Source of the DNA: a virus
Taxonomy: Duplodnaviria > Heunggongvirae > Uroviricota > Caudoviricetes
DNA: 64,000 nucleotides
Direction: 5' to 3' (one strand)
IMG/VR virus record: IMGVR_UViG_3300037454_000941
Coordinates: 10,063-74,062 of that record
A program made the translations under genes and the position numbers. Shown here piece by piece: positions 40,301-49,049 of the stretch; position 1 is the stretch's first letter, and every line of letters starts with the position of its first letter. The notes under the pieces are model-generated. The model saw nothing but the letters and a program-made list of their open reading frames with translations. It made no database searches and was not told the DNA's origin.

Positions 40301-40937
40301 TGACATGGAATATGCCCAGATGCAGCTTGGTATCCTGATGGGGATGTTCAAGAAGACATATGGGCATCCGCTGGTTGGCGCCAACGGGAACGTCTCCGAT
40401 GATGACCTCAAAAAACTGGATCAGTTGATTGGCGGTTCGGATGTGCCGTTCCCGGTAGACCCGACAGCATCGCTTCGTGAGGTGAATAACCTGGTAATCA
40501 ACGTAATCAACAATGTTGCTTCCCAGAAGGGTCATCCGTGGATTAAGGCGGTTGGCGGTGCGGCACCGAACCGGGTGTTTGAACGTCATGTCGAACGCCA
40601 GGACAAGGCCGGGACGAATGAAATGAAGAATTCGTTCACCGTACGCCTGGCGGAAGGGTACATCACCAAGATAGTGAAAAACTTCATGCGTGAGCATGAC
40701 CTTCCATTCAGCAAGATCGTGGCCGAACAGAAGCGTCTGGAAACGCTCAAGAAGGGCGAAGTCAAGGGCGAACTGAGCATGATGGCGGCTGAGGTGCAGA
40801 AGCGCATCAACGATATTGTCGAGCGCGCCATCAAGGCGATGGTGCGTTCGGGCAATACGGTCTACGCGAAGGACGGATTAACCGTGAAATGGGATAATCC
40901 ACCAAAGAAACCCGCCGCCGAGGATTACGTCGGTTAA
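34374..40937 (+). CDS. Very large hypothetical protein (2187 aa), putative virion-internal/ejected protein
   Basis: Uninterrupted ORF, TATAAACT at 34327, Ala-rich and helical, LYEA/TMEA near the N-terminus; no catalytic motif recognised. Confidence 0.8.
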   Translation: MRFMMAENAPLYEATTMEATTAISGLEKSLNAVKPLGMVFPKAESGGSTYRIGESSGMQDFPQNLASVIYAAFHKDDDPEFYKAICASAAYGRYDYDPKTGRFTPTEFNFEGRPVEGRINQSSMYGQKPSIAGFNRDDQSKGEERDIVIGYLLHPEKLVNASKTFSEALHNVLEYAAPEGTDMPLLDKLKGIKDRIRSKYVSDLMRLRGVRGAGTATPNALVSPQDRKTREANGLRTASISEDEIYAYLACNMAEDFANDILAAAEEASSGNAKGTVQVQDVLDFAEQWVGNNGSGARIKREKRTGDDAVDYEPLDVKTRNDLINAPVAPEFVIPMFAQNVGCFSAVDVKGTAALEDARMGYRTIGRALGVKLPPEPTGKDGASASPEALVEFNEGARESINEFLAELAEDTDRAKEVRERAVEYVNAAAIPDSLKKRILTNVFQIKKGQLYTKYPSIAGTADEFRYRKTGVGLGKISSKITDIYNPNEGLFKVVADNHPGQDGWKSNDEFTVDLDGIRKSVSRTDDDTLHNYERPALVEYVDTDRSFATYAIWKGIVPYSKIEDNRATYDIGQSAETKEARAASAGDTVLDTMKGVENRGTFASLTGSTAAGSDESLGSNDAEVRTNLTKIASELGAFGVGENALFGNPKVNRLDNENLRNYLMLAAIDNYTSRLSSYMNRNLTEDSAQLKAAFMAVMGNPKIILGNASNADILEQIVDKLDEFSAATEAGGGDFGTGREIARSYLSTFFDNIDSQNVPGMLAETYGVGSDSLAAALAAYDADLANAAKSICAGYGYIGLKQTSDYVGGKYGSGNQVAIESPANYNSPAGGFRETPKVHEARGSLRTIVERVGELVAAAKADPTSSLAKMEKIASGVKSSGLVDASAMDRAEADAKKVLGVAGGTTVAKPVETVYALAYAVLKGMLSGNGRIRKLTEHINKVIKPVGGRLSRRMRESIGKLEKNMMDRAGDFGKALGTLGVIHKLSAGGNDFKPIHDIAREDANPHTFTMYGALVSAVRTCRDMAKKMGNLSDDLIDRVTVDVGGRPNVGEPESNTLGEEGLKDVQVPPEESSGISDRVEQRAKEWQPSDETNTYLGFSGYMGIDTVKRGPHEVEDAKTMDLANVEVATTGLSKAALIDCVRMIDDARSIIAKENRSGEMGSMARKYSNPEMWASSIVATAGDYMESNLRIVAPDYTRTATGAHELSPEVAESWKEIADNTLDGIKAKCTQTADARMAAVANKVQALLDRLVVNPRTLEDVSNVSTALANIIRYVGEYMYDVSMPDPVSGQFNKHLSPTKEMIRMASMRSMPGQSVRGQLSDEGAASAANFVRSVGNSIDGAGELAETLANLYAIYGRGDTEGYDTALGAMRAGEHAAENKTDRVKTALHGGKAPTEFAAMLYNRVFESEANNDRAYGSVVDAIKAVAAGNPLTTAEANVTEGRYDSEATQEVSIDSNGRLAKTNENGEVIDRAEPDVMDDIFHMAGLNGTVQNGPMKGRTYASCGFGNASMAEMPLDEIDGKVGRALATALRVQMVDRLLSDRTFNNLRNNSELWGKLVNMFSELAFDLDGVAAALLFATLDYPILNAAQEARQARLRKAAKEDTALGEDVIAERLSQQRSGSENMRIKPLAVAIMKGLFGANETLRSEGMEELTRILGDEPTQRFLSSLDKNELSEFSIKQKTAFSNAKAKELIEQYGKSASEKMFANASDDEKMARALTTIRSAIDSVAYGKTVAGHTPDDYYKNIIPGLIGKDLSEALLRPFVGAYDNAKNRDTVDQVISRLMYSLTHSNSAIYTALKRTLGIGVDSKSSLARTDRDRELRGDTAGASRSMNMGAWEKLSEHIKEKLEKFDVKNSDAAERMALGRSLRELGFESDVNAFCSDVMGNPDRQADIADKYAKNPDNYSDELRKHLEGALGTLTPTSEHPTEQLVVDIARRMEGMEPPLRGMNIVRDADGRERPFVKFANSKSARDMEYAQMQLGILMGMFKKTYGHPLVGANGNVSDDDLKKLDQLIGGSDVPFPVDPTASLREVNNLVINVINNVASQKGHPWIKAVGGAAPNRVFERHVERQDKAGTNEMKNSFTVRLAEGYITKIVKNFMREHDLPFSKIVAEQKRLETLKKGEVKGELSMMAAEVQKRINDIVERAIKAMVRSGNTVYAKDGLTVKWDNPPKKPAAEDYVG

Positions 40938-40966
40938 AAAATGCCCGCCATGTGGCGGGCATTTTT
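40937..40966. terminator. Bidirectional terminator
   Basis: aaaaatgcccgcca-tg-tggcgggcattttt between convergent genes. Confidence 0.85.
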
Positions 40967-40985
40967 AGTTCTTGTCGAAAATTTC

Positions 40986-42113
40986 CTATGCGTCATTCAA
41001 GTCGTTGGGTGCCTGGGCCGTCACGGTTCCATCCGGATTGTAGTTCAATTTGCGGGAAAAGAACTTAGCCTGCTCCTTCACGAATTTTTCTGCTTCACCC
41101 TTGGTCATTGTTCTGACATCGACTGTGAGGTGCGATGGATCAAGGGCGCCATAGGATGCTGCAGGCGGGGCGCTGAACATGCCGGGCGGGAGTGTTGGGA
41201 GGTCATCCAGCGAAATAACTTCCTCATTCGGATCGAATGGTTCCTCGGTGGTCCCATCCGTCCCGAAGCCATCTTGCGAATACACGAATTCAGATGAATC
41301 GTCATCTGGATTCAATGCGCCCGGGGGCAACATATCGATGAATGCCTTTGACAAGAGGTCGGTGAAATTGGTGTATGGGCTAGTGTCGGGGAAGTATTCT
41401 TTCAGGATGGCCAGATCGGATTCGGTCAGCGGGGCAGCAAACGAGAATCGTTCTTCATCCTGCATGTGTTTCATGATTTTCGCGGATGCTTCGGCAAGCG
41501 CATTGTTCTTCCTGTCCTCGTCGAGGGCGGCGGTGAACTTTTCCTTGCTAAACAGCTCGTTGACTTCAAAAAGGGTGATTTCCCCTACATGTGTCTTTCC
41601 GCTGAACAGGGCAAGGAATTTTGGGTATTTCGGCATGTCATCGACCCGGTAGTCCCTTCCATTTACGGGCGGATCAACTTTTACCTTATATCGAATCGCG
41701 GTAGTGAACTCGGACAATTCTTCAGAAATTCCAAGTTTTCCACGCAATACGCTGAAATCGTCAAAATCCGGGAGAGTTTGCTTCAATGCCTCGTCGTATG
41801 ATGGCAAGTCGAGGGTGACGTATGTAACGGTGCGGGTTATCGTGGCGGGAGATTGGGATTCCGCGTCCTGGGCTTCACCAAGCTCGGTGGCTTCAAAATC
41901 CGGGCAATTCTTGGCCTTTTCAGCCAGCTCGCTTGCCTGATACTGCCCTTCAAGCGCGCCATGAATGTTACAGCAGAGGGCATTGTACCCGCAAAACATG
42001 TCGTATGCGTGGTGTTTACAGCCAATGCAGTGTTTGACGGTTTCGGTTGTGGTCTTCGTGGACGGTTCGGTTACCGACTGTTCAATCGGAGTGGTTTCTT
42101 CATTGGGTCCCAT
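40986..42113 (-). CDS. Hypothetical protein with N-terminal Cys/His cluster; paralog of 27586-28887
   Basis: CIGCKH...C...CC...CPDF, then TLDLPSYDEA...PDFDDFSVLRGK...IRYKVKVDPP...MPKYPKFL. Confidence 0.75.
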   Translation of the reverse strand: MGPNEETTPIEQSVTEPSTKTTTETVKHCIGCKHHAYDMFCGYNALCCNIHGALEGQYQASELAEKAKNCPDFEATELGEAQDAESQSPATITRTVTYVTLDLPSYDEALKQTLPDFDDFSVLRGKLGISEELSEFTTAIRYKVKVDPPVNGRDYRVDDMPKYPKFLALFSGKTHVGEITLFEVNELFSKEKFTAALDEDRKNNALAEASAKIMKHMQDEERFSFAAPLTESDLAILKEYFPDTSPYTNFTDLLSKAFIDMLPPGALNPDDDSSEFVYSQDGFGTDGTTEEPFDPNEEVISLDDLPTLPPGMFSAPPAASYGALDPSHLTVDVRTMTKGEAEKFVKEQAKFFSRKLNYNPDGTVTAQAPNDLNDA

Positions 42114-42166
42114 ATAAAAATCCCTCGGTTAGTTTCCGAGGGTTAAACTATATTCATGTTTTTGGA

Positions 42167-42649
42167 TTAGCGCCTAAATACCCAATAATCCATTCCCGTA
42201 ATGGTCTTAAACAACTTTAAAGCGCTTTCACACGCCGCGGCGGCGGTGGAAATGATGTCCTCTCTGACCGGGTCGGGATTGGTCCCATCACCTACACTGC
42301 AGCACCCGTCAGCGCCGGCATATAGCCCGACATTGGTCTGTCCGGACCTGGCGCGATTGAATATATCGGCCATCTGTTCAGCAATTGGTCCCGGGGTGCC
42401 CTTGTCGATCATTGCCTCAAGGCAAGTGGTGAATGTATTCAGGTCAACCGACTCGCCGACCGCCGGGGCGCCACCGTCGGAACCGCCGGATGTGGCATAA
42501 CTGGCATCCGCGGCAGCATTTGCCTCGTTGCCGGGAATGTCACTAATTGCACTGCCCATGGCATACCCGTAAAATCCCGGTTTCTTACGGTTTGGGCTAT
42601 TGGACTCAACGGGATGGGTGATTTTGCGGTCTGGTTTAGGCGTAGACAT
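42167..42649 (-). CDS. Hypothetical protein, late-promoter class
   Basis: 160 aa, GGAG RBS, TATAAACT(-) at 42671. Confidence 0.7.
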   Translation of the reverse strand: MSTPKPDRKITHPVESNSPNRKKPGFYGYAMGSAISDIPGNEANAAADASYATSGGSDGGAPAVGESVDLNTFTTCLEAMIDKGTPGPIAEQMADIFNRARSGQTNVGLYAGADGCCSVGDGTNPDPVREDIISTAAAACESALKLFKTITGMDYWVFRR

Positions 42650-42701
42650 TGAAGTTCTCCATTTAGACGTAGTTTATACCTGGATTCAAACTATAACCAA
42701 G

Positions 42702-43688
42702 ATGGCTGACGCATATTCTATAATAGGTATCACCCGGAAAGCGAGTGACGAGGAAATACGGCGAGCGTACAAGGCGAAAGCGAGGTCGCTGCATCCCGAC
42801 GTAGGCGGGGACCCAGCCGCCATGGCGGAATTGAACGAGGCATACGCAAAACTAAAGACTCCTGAATTGCGCAGGAAGTACGATGCCGCGCATTCGTTTT
42901 CCGGTACAATGGCAACATGGAGTGCAGCCATGGGCAAATCCACGGTGGCAAGGGACTTCGGGAAGGCGCCTGTGCAGAGCGATCCACGTAAGGTTGACGG
43001 GGGAGACATCACCGTCAACGTGGAGGTAACAATGGAATCGTTCCTGTATGGGGTGAAACTGATGACCGTGGAGTATGATGTTACCCACGAGTGTCTCGAA
43101 TGTTCCGGGACCGGGGGCGAAACTCTCCGAACATGCCAGGTATGTAACGGGGAACGAAGGATTCGCACCATCGTTTCGGACCGTGACAAGGTTTCAACGT
43201 GCCCACGCTGTTCAGGCACCGGGTTTGAACCGGTTGGGACCTGCCCGGTATGCATGGGCAAGGGTATTACCACCAAGAAAGGCACCCACTCCTTTCGTTA
43301 CAGGAAGGGCATGGTTGAACTGAAAGTGCCCGGAAAGGGGAACGGCGGTATCCATGGCGGTAAAAACGGGAACTTGCTGTTAAGGTTCAATCCACAGCCG
43401 CACGGCGGCATGATATTTGATGGCGAGCGGTTCCTGTATTCCGGCCATATACCGGTGGAGGGATTCATTTTGGGGCAATCGGTGGAACTTGACTACCCGG
43501 GCCCGCTACGTGTATTCACGATCCCAGCCGGAAGCGAGTACAGGTATTCGGTAATCGAGGAAGATTTCCTCGGGACCGGGTTCCCGTGTGAGTTCACGTT
43601 TACGCCAATGTCGGAAGAAACACCCGATATCCTGAAATGGCACTTCAAAACGATCCGGGATGCGCGAACTGATGTAGTTTCCCGGTAA
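42702..43688 (+). CDS. dnaJ: DnaJ-family co-chaperone
   Basis: J-domain with HPD and four CxxCxGxG-type zinc repeats (CLECSGTG, CQVCNGER, CPRCSGTG, CPVCMGKG). Confidence 0.92.
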   Translation: MADAYSIIGITRKASDEEIRRAYKAKARSLHPDVGGDPAAMAELNEAYAKLKTPELRRKYDAAHSFSGTMATWSAAMGKSTVARDFGKAPVQSDPRKVDGGDITVNVEVTMESFLYGVKLMTVEYDVTHECLECSGTGGETLRTCQVCNGERRIRTIVSDRDKVSTCPRCSGTGFEPVGTCPVCMGKGITTKKGTHSFRYRKGMVELKVPGKGNGGIHGGKNGNLLLRFNPQPHGGMIFDGERFLYSGHIPVEGFILGQSVELDYPGPLRVFTIPAGSEYRYSVIEEDFLGTGFPCEFTFTPMSEETPDILKWHFKTIRDARTDVVSR

Positions 43689-43701
43689 GCAAGAGGAATA
43701 T

Positions 43702-44088
43702 ATGAGCAACACAATCTCCCTAACCATACCCGAACGATACGAAATCGTCAAGTACGCCCACCAGATTCCGAGTTCGAACTCGACATATTTCCAGTTTCCG
43801 TACTTTCTCGACGTAATCAACATCACGGATGAAGAAATCAAGGAATATGGAATCAAGATGGACCAGGGGTCCATCGAATGCAACTGTCCGGACAAGGTAT
43901 TCGAATATAACGTCGAGGATTTCCCGGAAATCATCATGACGACTATCCGTCATTTCATCGATGACCTCCAGGAACAGATTGACGAAGAAAAGAAGAACAC
44001 GCCCGACCACAGCGCATCCCCGCTGTATGTAAAGATCGTTGCGGCACTCTCGAAGTTGTTCCCATGTCCCCAGTCTCCTGTCAATTAG
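43702..44088 (+). CDS. Hypothetical protein
   Basis: 128 aa, AGAGGA RBS. Confidence 0.7.
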   Translation: MSNTISLTIPERYEIVKYAHQIPSSNSTYFQFPYFLDVINITDEEIKEYGIKMDQGSIECNCPDKVFEYNVEDFPEIIMTTIRHFIDDLQEQIDEEKKNTPDHSASPLYVKIVAALSKLFPCPQSPVN

Positions 44089-44990
44089 GGTTATGTTCCT
44101 GCCACTCCCAGTATAGTATCGTGCTGTCCGATGAGGATGGTGGCGATCTCGTACAGGAGTTCAAGGACGAAATCGATCGGATGATGGGCATCGTCGAGGT
44201 GGACTATGTCCCGGTCCCCGTCTATGTGACGATGGGGACCATTGGCAACCTCCATGCCGAATACTTGATACTGTTCCAGTATGCGGGAATACCGTTCATA
44301 TTAACGACATCATGCTCTATTGATGGTGCCGGGCTGAGCGACGCGGCGCTCACTAACGGGGGCGGTCGTTTGATTGCGTCCGTGTATGGCACCAATAACC
44401 GCAGGGTATATTCTCTCGGATTCATTGAACCCAGTCGGAACCCGCTTGACTATGCGAAGACGTATCTTGAACGGAATCCACCAATCCCGTCACCCGACAT
44501 AGACGAGGCTGTCGCCGAGACACACCTGGTTCATTCAAAGACATATGAGCGTATAGGGGTAATCTCCAAGGACGGGGGAACCCGGCTGGAAATTTATTCC
44601 CTCGATGGCGATGAAAGTAGGATGATTCGCGGAAACAAGGATTTCCAGCGGGACCCCTCCGGTGAACGCGAGATCCCCGATGGCATGGTTGAAGTGGTTG
44701 CATATGGGGGTCTCCCTGACGTGATTTCGGTAGGTAACCTCTGTAGTGCAGACGGATATGTGTTTGAGGTATGGGTGCCGAATGCCCCGGGGTTGACGAG
44801 AATGGCAAGGGAAATCTATAACGATGGCCTTTTGCCGATAGATGCATTCACCGTGGACATGGATGGTATAGAAGAATGCTACGCCAGGTTCCATGGCAAT
44901 TTGCGGAAACTCGAAGATGAGGCTATCCAAAAGGAAATACAGTCCGATAGCGACATGCCACCCGAAATACTGACCGACGAGGAAATTTAA
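44064..44990 (+). CDS. Hypothetical protein
   Basis: 308 aa acidic ORF in the same operon; start uncertain. Confidence 0.65.
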   Translation: MSPVSCQLGLCSCHSQYSIVLSDEDGGDLVQEFKDEIDRMMGIVEVDYVPVPVYVTMGTIGNLHAEYLILFQYAGIPFILTTSCSIDGAGLSDAALTNGGGRLIASVYGTNNRRVYSLGFIEPSRNPLDYAKTYLERNPPIPSPDIDEAVAETHLVHSKTYERIGVISKDGGTRLEIYSLDGDESRMIRGNKDFQRDPSGEREIPDGMVEVVAYGGLPDVISVGNLCSADGYVFEVWVPNAPGLTRMAREIYNDGLLPIDAFTVDMDGIEECYARFHGNLRKLEDEAIQKEIQSDSDMPPEILTDEEI

Positions 44991-45012
44991 TGCGCTCCTG
45001 CCGAGCGCATTT
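44989..45012 (+). terminator. Hairpin terminator
   Basis: aatgcgctc-ctgcc-gagcgcatt followed by tt. Confidence 0.6.
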
Positions 45013-45173
45013 TACATCTGCTGTCTATTATTTTTGATATTTCTATCGAATATGCATTCAATATACGGACATACGATTACCGTATCCTTCGGTATGCTGC
45101 AACAAAGGTTGTGCAGGGCCTTACGTATGTCTCCGTGTGCACCAGGTATAGGAGTCAGTTGAAGCATGGACAT
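45012..45173 (-). CDS. Possible 53-aa Cys-containing protein below the ORF-track cutoff
   Basis: Manual translation MSMLQLTPIPGAHGDIRKALHNLCCSIPKDTVIVCPYIECIFDRNIKNNRQQM; TAGTTT box upstream; fills an otherwise empty gap. Confidence 0.3.
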   Translation of the reverse strand: MSMLQLTPIPGAHGDIRKALHNLCCSIPKDTVIVCPYIECIFDRNIKNNRQQM

Positions 45174-45256
45174 TCCTCATTTGTGTGGACCTACCCTAAA
45201 ACTATTTCATTTTAATTCATCTGGGACGGCTCACACCCCACCCACTTTATAAATCT

Positions 45257-47758
45257 GTGACAAACAGAATATGGATTCCCCAAATGACCGTGAAGATTAA
45301 TCATCCCGATATGACACCCGTCCAGGCCCTGGATAGTATAAAGGCGCGACTACTTGCGGCGATAGAGAAGGGCAAGCAGGCGGCAGCTGGGCCCAAGGTA
45401 GAGTCGATCATGGAAGCTACCGAAGACGCAGGCGATAACGACGAGTTGAATTTTGATTTCGGTTTCGAGGAAGAGCCCCAACAGGGGGATCAGGACAATG
45501 CGCCCGATTACGGTGACACGCCAGTTCCCGTAAAGCAGCCGGAACGCAATCAACCCAATGCTACACAACGAACGTTGAAGGGCGTGATGGGTGGCGATGG
45601 CAAGGCCGGCTCGGTCCCGGACGCCGTCATGACGCCGGACAAGCGAGCCGAACTTGAACGTCAGGCGAACGAGTATTTAAAGGGATGGCAGAAATTCTCC
45701 GTTGCCGAAATCAAGGCTAACGTATTGAGCCTGTTTGAACTCGCGTCGCAGAATAAGCAATACCTGGCATCCGCTGGTCCGCTTATTACGGAAGGGGAAT
45801 TGCGCGCCATATTCTATGGCGAATACATATCATACCAAGACAAGCCGGGTCTGTCCAAGGCTACCTTGAGTGCACTCGACCGCGTTCCTACCTTGTTCAA
45901 CGAGCATTTTTCGGACATCATGAAAAAATTTGATGCCAGACTGCATGGGGAGGATGCGGCGGGCAAGAATGGGCGCAAGTTCCTTGAAGGTGGGTCGCTG
46001 ATGGCCTACTTGATTGCCTGTGGACACAAGGATGTTATCCGCACGGCCAGTCTTGAACCAAGTCGTGATCTTGCGCTTGGCAAGGAAGAGGGCATATGTA
46101 ACTTCATCCTGTCGCGCGATTTGAAGAAGTGCATGGAATGGGTTGGCGGCAGTATGGATAAGCATGGAATTACCGGGTACGGTAAGGAAAGCATCGCGCT
46201 CGACATACTGGCGAACGGCATGAACAAGGATGATATCCGCGCGATTACTGGCGGAACTACCAAGAAAGATTACATTTCGCCTCGCTTTGGCAGCCTCGAA
46301 CGGCGCGGCGACAACGTTGCCGTATTGGGCGGACGGGAGTTTCTTGACGCGTTCGTGAATCAGTTCGGGCAGTTCCTCGCTATGGTGGATGCCGAGCCGA
46401 TGTATCCGGATACCCAGAAGGCAACTACGCGCACGGGTTTCAAGGGTCGCACTGGCCTGTATATGGTGCTGTATCCCGAGAAGCCGTACCTTGAATACAT
46501 CCAGGAGTTCAGGCGCCATGGCGCAATTGTCCCGATTTCGTTCAACGCGGGAACCGTATCGCTCGACAAGGGCGGAACCGCCGATAGCAATGATGCCGGG
46601 CGTGTATCCGACATATTGCAGGGCCATGCCACTGATACGGGCTTGGTTGGCAACGGGCAACCGGTTAGCGAACGGCTGACGATAAATAACCTAGTCGATC
46701 GAATGGAACACCCCGCATTTAGGTCGCTCGCGGCAAAATGCGGCCTTGAATCTGAATTGGATGCGATATTGAAGATGGGCGAATCGTTGTCCCCGACGAG
46801 CTTGTCTAAGTTTACCTCAGCTCTACTGATGAAGCTGGCAGAAAAGAGCGGGGTTTCCCCCAAGGTCGTCGAAAACCATTCGTATGCGTATGTTGACATA
46901 CCGGGTGAAGGCGCGCTGGTACACCGAATTTCTGCCGGGCTATCTTCCCAGGAACAGTCTGCTCTTCGTACGGTCGGAATATTCAATGACATGGTGAAAT
47001 CCAGGTTGAATGCGGCCAAGGATACCAGGGACGTTGGCGACATTACCGGCATGAGCGCGGCTGAGCGGAATTCATTGCTTGTCCCGGAAATTAACATAGG
47101 CAATCTTGCTAGGGAATGTTTCTCTGATGATGCTTCCAAGGAAATGCTCGACATTGCGCGTGGATACATGATTAACGCGCTTGGTACCGCTGTTGGGTTT
47201 GACGGGAGCGATGCTCAGATTGTTGGTTCGGCCCGCGATTTCGGGGGAACCGACATGAACTCGAGGATAATCATGACTGAGCTTGCTCGCATCACGCCGG
47301 ACAAGCTCCCGGCCTACGCGGACAGTTTCTCGGACAAGGCTGCCGAACACTGGCGCCTGGTACAGGAGTCGGCGAAGAATAGCGGTCGTGACGAGGGCGG
47401 CGATTTCTTTGATGATACAAAGACCGTGCCGGTTACCGCACTGGGTGACACGAGTCTTGCGAAGGCGATGCACTTCTATGACAAAAACGGGAATCCTGTA
47501 TCCGAAATCAAGGCAGTAATCGAGAATATCGCTGGATTCGAACCCGGTTTCATTGATGGATACATCAAGGCATTGAAGGAGGACAACGGTGCCGTCCTGG
47601 CAGAGAAGGCAAGCGAAATCAAGAAATATGGCCGTGGCATAATTAACGTCAAGTTGACCGACAATTCAACTGAACGGGTCAATCGCGTGACCGAGGATCC
47701 TACGAAAAAAGCGCAGAAGCGAGCCAACCTGAAAAGCCAGTTGAAGGGGTGGATGTAA
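45257..47758 (+). CDS. Large hypothetical protein (833 aa), putative virion-internal
   Basis: TATAAATC at 45248; VESIMEATED near the N-terminus; true start may be ATG 45284. Confidence 0.75.
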   Translation: MTNRIWIPQMTVKINHPDMTPVQALDSIKARLLAAIEKGKQAAAGPKVESIMEATEDAGDNDELNFDFGFEEEPQQGDQDNAPDYGDTPVPVKQPERNQPNATQRTLKGVMGGDGKAGSVPDAVMTPDKRAELERQANEYLKGWQKFSVAEIKANVLSLFELASQNKQYLASAGPLITEGELRAIFYGEYISYQDKPGLSKATLSALDRVPTLFNEHFSDIMKKFDARLHGEDAAGKNGRKFLEGGSLMAYLIACGHKDVIRTASLEPSRDLALGKEEGICNFILSRDLKKCMEWVGGSMDKHGITGYGKESIALDILANGMNKDDIRAITGGTTKKDYISPRFGSLERRGDNVAVLGGREFLDAFVNQFGQFLAMVDAEPMYPDTQKATTRTGFKGRTGLYMVLYPEKPYLEYIQEFRRHGAIVPISFNAGTVSLDKGGTADSNDAGRVSDILQGHATDTGLVGNGQPVSERLTINNLVDRMEHPAFRSLAAKCGLESELDAILKMGESLSPTSLSKFTSALLMKLAEKSGVSPKVVENHSYAYVDIPGEGALVHRISAGLSSQEQSALRTVGIFNDMVKSRLNAAKDTRDVGDITGMSAAERNSLLVPEINIGNLARECFSDDASKEMLDIARGYMINALGTAVGFDGSDAQIVGSARDFGGTDMNSRIIMTELARITPDKLPAYADSFSDKAAEHWRLVQESAKNSGRDEGGDFFDDTKTVPVTALGDTSLAKAMHFYDKNGNPVSEIKAVIENIAGFEPGFIDGYIKALKEDNGAVLAEKASEIKKYGRGIINVKLTDNSTERVNRVTEDPTKKAQKRANLKSQLKGWM

Positions 47759-47771
47759 CCGGAGGATAGCG

Positions 47772-49049
47772 GTGGACATTATACCGATATACGATACGTG
47801 TTTCAGCATGGACACAGACGGGGTTGCGCGTAATCGCGAAACGGATCTCCCCGTTTCGGCAAGGTCGTTTGTTGCGTTTAAGATCCCGGTTACTGAACTG
47901 GGCAATATGCTGGCACCGACGGTTACCGTGGCACTGCATGTCACGCACATCAACATGCTGTGCAATCAACTTGGAAAAATCGGGCTATACGAAATGAGCG
48001 ATTCCACATGGGTGGGTACTGACACGTATGCTTCGGTGGATGCAAGAATAGCATCGAGTCCGCTCGCCATCCCCGATCCGAACGAGTGGAGAAATTATGA
48101 TTGCAACGATTCGATGCCGGGAACCTTTGAGCTGGTAATTCCATCTGAGACGGTGATGCGGTGGAAAGAACGCCGTCTGTCGGTGGTATCTATGGCGATT
48201 GCACCATACGGCGAATTCGAGCCGGGTGGTTACGTGACGATAGGATCAACCGAACAGCCGAACCCGGATGAGTGCATCGTTGTCAGGATAGAAGAGGGGT
48301 CCCACACTCCGGTTGAGCCGATAGATGTCGTTGTCATCCCATCGACGCTAGTCCCGGGGTCCCGGGTGGGCATCGAGCCGGCGACACCGGATAAGACATT
48401 TGACGTGTCCGCATCGAGTCTTGTTGCCAAAGTTGGTGGGGAAGTAACCAGGATAGTCTCCGTATCGGCAACGTCGTTGAAAATCGTCGTGCCCGATGTG
48501 GACAGGATGCCCGAGGGTGCGATAGTCAACGGACGCGTGTCGCTGGAAATAGTGGACAATTATGGTGACCCGGTGATTAATCCGATCGAGGCATACTATG
48601 ATTCCGACATGTCTCGCAGGAACAAGTATTTCACCGACCCTTCGCGACCATCGGGCGATATTGCTAACGCGAGCAATTCGGCCATGTATAATCGTGATCT
48701 CGGCTTTGTAAATTTTGCGGAAGTTACCGACGAGAACAGTCTCGTCCAGAACATTTATAACATATTACTCACGCGAAAGGGCGAACGGCTCTTTAACCAG
48801 GAATTTGGTACCACGCTGGAGGAACGGGTGTTTGCCCTCATGGGCGCCGGGGACGAGGACTCGATACTGCAAGAATGCTATACCGCGATAAGGGAGTACG
48901 AACCGCGTGTCTCGGTTGACTATGATGCCAGTCGAGTGGAAATGGATTATGACGGCAACACGATTCGGATAATCCTGGCACTGGTGTTGCCGCAGGGTTC
49001 GTCGGAATATATCGTTCTCCCATTCAGCATGCGAGGGGGTGCTAGGTGA
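47772..49049 (+). CDS. Baseplate wedge protein gp25-like, with long N-terminal beta-rich extension
   Basis: C-terminal SLVQNIYNILLTRKGERLFNQEFG...AIREYEPRVSV is the gp25/GPW signature. Confidence 0.85.
   Translation: MDIIPIYDTCFSMDTDGVARNRETDLPVSARSFVAFKIPVTELGNMLAPTVTVALHVTHINMLCNQLGKIGLYEMSDSTWVGTDTYASVDARIASSPLAIPDPNEWRNYDCNDSMPGTFELVIPSETVMRWKERRLSVVSMAIAPYGEFEPGGYVTIGSTEQPNPDECIVVRIEEGSHTPVEPIDVVVIPSTLVPGSRVGIEPATPDKTFDVSASSLVAKVGGEVTRIVSVSATSLKIVVPDVDRMPEGAIVNGRVSLEIVDNYGDPVINPIEAYYDSDMSRRNKYFTDPSRPSGDIANASNSAMYNRDLGFVNFAEVTDENSLVQNIYNILLTRKGERLFNQEFGTTLEERVFALMGAGDEDSILQECYTAIREYEPRVSVDYDASRVEMDYDGNTIRIILALVLPQGSSEYIVLPFSMRGGAR

Noticed and set aside
34374-40937. crAss-like virion RNA polymerase suggested by length
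   Set aside because: No DxDxD/DFDGD-type catalytic motif found; FDLDGV and VDLDGI lack the third aspartate
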